Of a DNA stretch of 64,000 nt, positions 59,001 through 64,000 are shown in pieces. The translations under genes and the position numbers were made by a program. Within the stretch, counting starts at the first letter, position 1. Each line of letters begins with the position of its first letter. This stretch comes from Rhynchopus sp. YZ270_cl-10 (Eukaryota). The stretch spans positions 62,001-126,000 of the forward strand of contig OZ037839.1 of NCBI GenBank assembly GCA_964035575.1. Reading direction: 5' to 3'. The notes under the pieces are model-generated. The model was not told the origin of the DNA. It saw nothing but the letters and a program-made list of their open reading frames with translations, and searched no databases.

Positions 59001-59868
59001 ACTCAAGTCTTGACCACCCGGTGTAGTAAGTGCTTCTGAACTGCACAAATGCGGAACCGTTCAGCACAACATCCATGGGACTGTCGTAATTGTTGAACCA
59101 CTTCTCCAAGGTGAAGTCTGTTCCGTTTCCAGAATCGTTCCCTGTGTACAGGCCCAGGTAGGAAGAGGAGTACAGCTGCATGGTGGAGAACGAGATGACA
59201 ACATCCTTGTCACACTCAATGTGCCAGCACTCCGTGTGGTATGTGTCGTAGTTCTGAAAGCTCACGTTCCCAGTCACATTGTCCCCCAGGTCGTTGTGCT
59301 CGTCACAGACGTAGTTCACACCAGGTGCACGTGTGTCCGGCACATCTGTGGGTGGTGCTTGAGTGGGCAGCACATCCACACACACGTAGCTGAAATCAAG
59401 TCTTGACCACCCGTAGTAGTAAGTGCTTCTGAACTGCACAAATGCAGAACCGTTCAGCACAACATCCATGGGACTGTCGTAATTGTTGAACCACTTCTCC
59501 AAGGTGAAGTCTGCTGCGTTTCCAGAATCATTCCCTGATGAGTACAGGTGTAGGAAGGAGTTGCTGTACAGCTGCAGGTTGGAGAACGAGATGACAACAT
59601 CCTTGTCACACTCAATGTGCCAGCACTCCGTGTGGTATGTGTCGTAGTTCTGAAAGCTCACGTTCCCAGTCACATTGTCCCCCAGGTCGTTGTGCTCCTC
59701 ACAGACGTAGTTCACACCAGGTGCACGTGTGTCCGTCACATCTATGTGTGGTGCTTGTGTCACATCCACGTAGTAAGGTGCAGGTGTGTCCGGCACATCA
59801 GTAGCGTACGTCATGATGTGTAACTCCGCGCTTATACACAGCAGCGCTGCCAAGCATGCGCGCAACAT
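56032..59868 (-). CDS. Secreted protein: 7 CUB-like repeats + WD40 propeller (paralogue 3)
   Basis: Start MLRACLAALL at 59868 (1278 aa); same architecture. Confidence 0.88.
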   Translation of the reverse strand: MLRACLAALLCISAELHIMTYATDVPDTPAPYYVDVTQAPHIDVTDTRAPGVNYVCEEHNDLGDNVTGNVSFQNYDTYHTECWHIECDKDVVISFSNLQLYSNSFLHLYSSGNDSGNAADFTLEKWFNNYDSPMDVVLNGSAFVQFRSTYYYGWSRLDFSYVCVDVLPTQAPPTDVPDTRAPGVNYVCDEHNDLGDNVTGNVSFQNYDTYHTECWHIECDKDVVISFSTMQLYSSSYLGLYTGNDSGNGTDFTLEKWFNNYDSPMDVVLNGSAFVQFRSTYYTGWSRLEFNYVCVDATTQSPPTAAPNTRAPGVNYVCEEHNDLGDNVTGIVSFQNYDSYHTECWHIECDKDVVISFSHLQLYSSSYLDLYTSGNDSGNATDFTLEKRFNNYDSPMDVVLNGSAFVQFRSTYYTGWSSFKFNYVCVDATTQTPPTAVPDTRAPGVSYVCEEHNDLGDNVTGNVSFQNYDRHHTECWHIECDKDVVISFSNLQLYSNSFLDLHSSGKDSGNGKDFTLEKRFNYFDSPMDVVLNGSAFVQFTSTYYYGWSRLEFDYVCVDATQAPPTDVPDTRAPGVTYVCEEHNDLGDNVTGNVSFQNYDRYHTECWHIECDKDVVISFSNLQLYSNSFLHLYSSGKDSGNATDFTLEKWFNNYDSPMDVVLNGSAFVQFRSSYYTGSRLEFNYVCVDATTQAPPTDVPDTRAPGVNYVCEEHHDLGDNVTGNVSFQNYDSYHTECWHIECDKDVVISFSTMNLSYSSYLDLYTSGNDSGNATDFTLEKRFYYFDSPMDVVLNGSAFVQFRSSYYSGSALDFNYVCVDATTQAPYTAAPNTRAPGVNYVCEAHNDRIGTGYVNFENYNSSHTECWHIECDYDVVLKFSDIQLYYYSYVSIYSSGNGTGNDTNFNLEHDWSSYTTGFEGVELVVSGSAFVQFRSTYYYGRSYLAFQYECRAPTPPPQQQCGVDTVPQRCGRGTSRACAFEVRHPARLLSVAFSWDGRRVATGSADRFVRVFDARTGVRVGQLGCADGFRVHDIAFSPDNNLVALAGEGGRVVVCDAMTGVLEATLVDMSASGSTPVHRVEFTRDGRYVVSGGGQDARTRVFDMLASDRTKASSVINHHARNVGFSVDGAHLATVRGSEVDEVTTVWGLDGSSAVELPSVSARVTALSFSSFGGNALLRGMSDGTILVSQLPGSSIGDGSAVDGVSLSMLSGAVHDSKFSRDGKMIAAVGEGDVMVWSHDGSVLHDLLGHSQAVLPRLDFSPDGTRLATVSRDGTLVVWKL

Positions 59869-60099
59869 TGTCTTTTGTTGTGTCCACAGAATATCTGTTG
59901 TTGTGATGTTATGATGTGGGGAATTATTCATCCTACTCTTCTGAGGGTAAAAGAAATCAAATCAAAAGCACATAATAGGGGAGAGGAGAAGAGGGAGACA
60001 TCATTTGCAATTGGCACCGTTAGTGCGGGGAGGAGCTAGAGTGGCGATACTGAGAGTGCTTTGAGTAGAGGTAGACCCTTAGAATGTTGACTTTCACCA

Positions 60100-60400
60100 G
60101 TGTTTTGGACCTGTGACCTGTGTTCGAGACAAGAGTACTGGCGACAGAAGAGTCGGGTGTTCACCGGCCTTCCATCCATGACAAGCCGCCTTACCAGCGG
60201 GTCAGCCTTAGGCGCGTCGAATATTGCAACGACTCCCCTCTTTCTGTCACACTCACGGACACGTTCCATCACCCTCGAGGTAAGAGCTTCTGAATACGTC
60301 TTGTGGTGCACCACTTCAGAAAACCCCCTCTCTTTAGGCTGCCGGCCAACCTGCGGACGTTCTCCAGACACAACGTACCATTTGTGAAATCGTCTGCTAT
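60100..60400 (-). pseudogene. Reverse transcriptase N-terminal fragment, DIRS/VIPER-like
   Basis: DRKRGVVAIFDAPKADPLVRRLVMDGRPVN aligns with DRKKGAVCVFDVPKSDPQLRRLVVDGRPVN at ~15385-15475. Confidence 0.75.
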
Positions 60401-61787
60401 TGCAACGTATCGAGGAGGAGGACGTTACGATGCTGTTGACAACTGACGTGCCATCTGCACCGTGTCTCCTACTCCCAAGCCCCAAGCAGCGACAGAGGAG
60501 GCAGAAGCAGCAACATCGCAGACAAAGAGAGGGTCGTGGCGGAGAAGTCTGTGTTCGCCTTCACTCCGGTGAGAACGGCACCACCTGCACAGAGAGTCAA
60601 GAAGACAGAAGTGGACAAGGTGACTGAGGCGGACAGCACGAACGAGCCACGGCAAGAGGACTCAACCCCCAGGAGGGAGCAAGAGGCAGGTGGTCCCAGA
60701 AGCAACATTCTGATGCACCGTATTTAGAAGTCCATTTAACCCAAGAACACTGCGGAGGTGGTAGGTTGTGCACAAAACAATAAAAACACAAATGAACACC
60801 GCGAGGAACTGTGCTGCCTGCACGGAGGTGTCCGCATACCCGCGGAAGGTGCCCGTATCATCGTATGATCATCTAGCAGACTCTCCCTGCCTGCAAGAAC
60901 GCTGACCATCAAGATCATGCACAGCAACAGCAGAGCAAGGGGAACATACGAATCACTGTCCATGATGTCCGATAGGTTGGTTCCGTGGTGAAGGCCAGCG
61001 AGACAGTGGAGACCCAAGGTCAAGAAAACTAGGGGGGAAAGTGTATTTGGCAATGATAATGCAAAAAAGAGGGGAGTGGAAAACACAGGCGGCAATTTCC
61101 TCAAAGATGCGAAGAAAGAGGTGTGTGTGTGGGGGTGGTTTGCCTGTGTATTTGGGGGAAGGGGTTCAGGGTTTTCGCTGTTCTACATCCATTTCGTTAC
61201 TTCTGATGTACCCTACTCCCGCTTTCCTCTCATCAGTCAGATGAATTGTGCCAGATCTCCCAGACAGGGATTGGGACTATGCATGGTTGGGTTGCGTGAA
61301 CACCAAGGTGTGGCATATTCGCAGAAGATTCGAAGGGTTGCTGGGGTTGAAAAGGATTGGGGGTGGGATATGGTACTTTGTTAGTATGATGGTTTATTTT
61401 TTTTGTTCTTTTGTTACTTCAAAATCTAATCATTTTTAGTGGTTCATCTGCATAAGGGAAAATTGACGACTGCGTCCTGTGTACACACAACACACAATCG
61501 TGTCAGTAGGGGGAAACGATAAAGAAATCTTGAAGGAAAAGTGTGTCTGCGCGACTGCACAGTTGGAGGAAGAGAGGGGGTTTTTGATAAATAAATATGT
61601 TTTTTTGAATAGATAAAAGCAATAAATTACTTTTTATTTAAAACAAAAGGCACTCCGTATCCAAAACAGGGGGGCAGTCTTGGAGGCAGAGAGGGAGGGG
61701 GAATGAAGGTGGTGAGGTGCCAATGACGCGATGAACGCAGACTAATTGAAGGGACCCTCCACAGGTTCTCCAACCGTGGAAGGTCGC

Positions 61788-61960
61788 TAAAGTGAAGTTA
61801 TTAATGCAGGCACCTCCACCCAAACAAAAAAGACAAAGGCTATACCCTTCCTCGCCTGTAATCTCTCAGGTAGGAGACATAGATTCGAACGGTCAACACC
61901 TTCATAGAGTTTCTGGAGGAACGGACCCCTGGATGCAATTTAATGGTCCAGCCTAGGACC
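61788..61960 (-). mobile_element. Internally deleted copy of the 32373-33188 element
   Basis: Shares both the head (GGTCCTAGGCTGGACC...) and the tail (GGAGGTGCCTGCATTAATAACTTCACTTTA). Confidence 0.7.
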
Positions 61961-62634
61961 CTAAAAAGATTCATGAAAAATTAACAGAACCCGAATCAGA
62001 TAAAAAAGAATCATATAAAAACATGCAGATTATCGTTACAAGCATTTTTTCAGCTTGAAACAAAAAATGTGCAGGTGGTGTGGCAGATTTTGCGGTTTTG
62101 GCTGGCCCCGTGATTATGTACCTGCATTTTATTTTTCCTTCCTTCAAAACTTCACACACAACGCTTTTTTGGTTTTTGGGAGACACACAAGGTGCCAGGT
62201 TCTATGGTAAGCACGGAACCACCCTGCACCTGTTTGTCATGTTGTTTCCCGTGCAATACATGGAGAAACGTTTCGCACTCGAAACAAGGGCTTTTTGAAA
62301 CAAAAGCTTTTTTAATAAAAAATGAACGAAGCACAAAAACAAGCGTGTGTGGAAGAAAAAAGAAAAGGGAAAATATTCTTTCTGATTCACAGTGGTGTTT
62401 ATGTTTTGGGTACGGGGCGGAGAATAAAATCTGTTCGATAAAAGAAACGCAAGCTTTTTGTTTTATCTTGTTCATACCCTCCCTCGTGGTAACCGTGTGC
62501 ATGCCAATGAAGTGCTCCCTGGGGTTCGATAACCCGTGGAACCAGTGCTTCCGCCAATGAATGGTGAGGCGTTTGCACTTCTCTGTTTGCGGAGCAAAAA
62601 ATAATACAAATGGAATTGGTGTTACCGATCTGCT

Positions 62635-62750
62635 GTCAGGGACATGTCAAGGACATGTCAAGGACATGTCAAGGACATGTCAATATAGGGGGGGTGTGTC
62701 ATTTTCCCCTGTAAACCTTGTGTCAAGGACATATCAAGGACATGTCAATA
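62635..62750. repeat. Short 11-bp tandem repeat (GTCAAGGACAT)
   Basis: About 4 + 2 units, direct reading. Confidence 0.85.
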
Positions 62751-63554
62751 TGGGCCCTTTCGGGAACACCAGTAATACAAAATAATACAAAAGCCGCTGC
62801 GGGGGGTCCGCTAAATGTCGTAAAATGGGAAAAACCTGAAAAAACTGCAGGATTTTGGGGGCTTTTTTAGGCAAAAAATAGTGAGGGGAGTTGGGTCCAG
62901 TCATAGGGGGTATAGCATATTTTTTGGAAAATTCTTCAAAAAAACGAGGATTTTTGCTGGGCACAATGCAAATTTCAAAAAAATACCAATTTTCGACTGG
63001 TCATATTTGGAGCAAATTATGGCCCACCCACCCCGATTTTGTGTCAAATTTTATTTTTCCTTCCTTCAAAACTACATACACAACGCTTTTGGTTTTTGGG
63101 AGACACACAAGGTGCCAGGTTCTATGGTAAGCACGGAACGGAATGTCCTCTGCTTGCGGAGGACTAGGCACAAGAAAATATTGCTTGTTTGTACCGTTTT
63201 TTCCGGGTGTCGGTGGGCTGTAATTGGGCGTAATTGGGTGAAATTGGGCAAAAATGCCGTTTTTTGCCGTTTTTTGCACTTTTGACTTGCTTTTCGGTCC
63301 CCACACCCCCAAATTTGCCCACTTCTGTGCTGTTTCCCTACAAATCAATATAAAATCGAAAACGGCGATGAAAAAGATGCCTTGGTGAGTGGTCACAAAT
63401 GCTGCACCTAATGCGAGGATGGAGGACACATGTACCGTTTCCCCCATTTGACCTGCAAGAAATGGCGTAAACCCGCTGCTCTTAAACAGCGGCATTTGCA
63501 CTTGGTGGGGTCAATTTGACGAAATGGACAAGTTCTCGTTTTTGGTCAATTTCC

Positions 63555-64000
63555 GCACAGTGCACAGTGCACAGTGCACAGTGCACAGTACACAGTACAC
63601 AGTACACAGTACACAGTACACAGTACACAGTACACAGTACACAGTACACAGTACACAGTACACAGTACACAGTACACAGTACACAGTACACAGTACACAG
63701 TACACAGTACACAGTACACAGTACACAGTACACAGTACACAGTACACAGTACACAGTACACAGTACACAGTACACAGTACACAGTACACAGTACACAGTA
63801 CACAGTACACAGTACACAGTACACAGTACACAGTACACAGTACACAGTACACAGTACACAGTACACAGTACACAGTACACAGTACACAGTACACAGTACA
63901 CAGTACACAGTACACAGTACACAGTACACAGTACACAGTACACAGTACACAGTACACAGTACACAGTACACAGTACACAGTACACAGTACACAGTACACA
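63555..64000. repeat. (ACACAGT)n 7-bp satellite, starting with GCACAGT variants, runs off the window end
   Basis: Direct reading. Confidence 0.99.

Noticed and set aside
60736..61104. Small hydrophobic ORF (MDSDSYVPLALLLLCMILMVSVLAG...)
   Set aside because: Signal-like stretch only, with no other support; it sits next to retroelement relics.
63482..64000. ORFs encoding (YCVLCTV)n, or a telomere
   Set aside because: These are satellite translations. The unit is not the TTAGGG expected for euglenozoan telomeres, and the array is simply cut by the window edge.

Overview
This is eukaryotic genomic DNA, most likely from a euglenozoan protist such as a diplonemid. That is an inference from intronless genes all on the minus strand, pyrimidine-rich tracts upstream of the starts, a flagellar CFAP52-like gene, and CRE- and VIPER/DIRS-like retroelement relics. 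Bases 1-15.2 kb are gene-dense. They encode a ubiquitin-like + beta-propeller protein (cut by the window edge), a tiny membrane protein, a triple GT90/CAP10 glycosyltransferase, a CFAP52-like WD40 protein, a HAD-like protein, a CHRD-like membrane protein and an SCP/NIF phosphatase. Bases 15.2-64 kb are mostly nested transposon relics: hAT, MULE, TA-target and CAC-ended TIR elements with visible TSDs, a Crypton-like tyrosine recombinase relic, DIRS/VIPER-like RT and RNase H fragments, and three long microsatellites. Embedded in them are three paralogous secreted proteins, each with 6-7 tandem CUB-like repeats carrying hypervariable Tyr/Ser/Asn/Trp-rich loops plus a near-invariant WD40 propeller. 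The two top candidates for novelty are this variable-repeat/constant-propeller family and a 5'-truncated CRE-like LINE whose ORF continues past the endonuclease into an OTU-like protease, a zinc finger and a duplicated unknown domain. All family calls are by eye from motifs; no searches were run.
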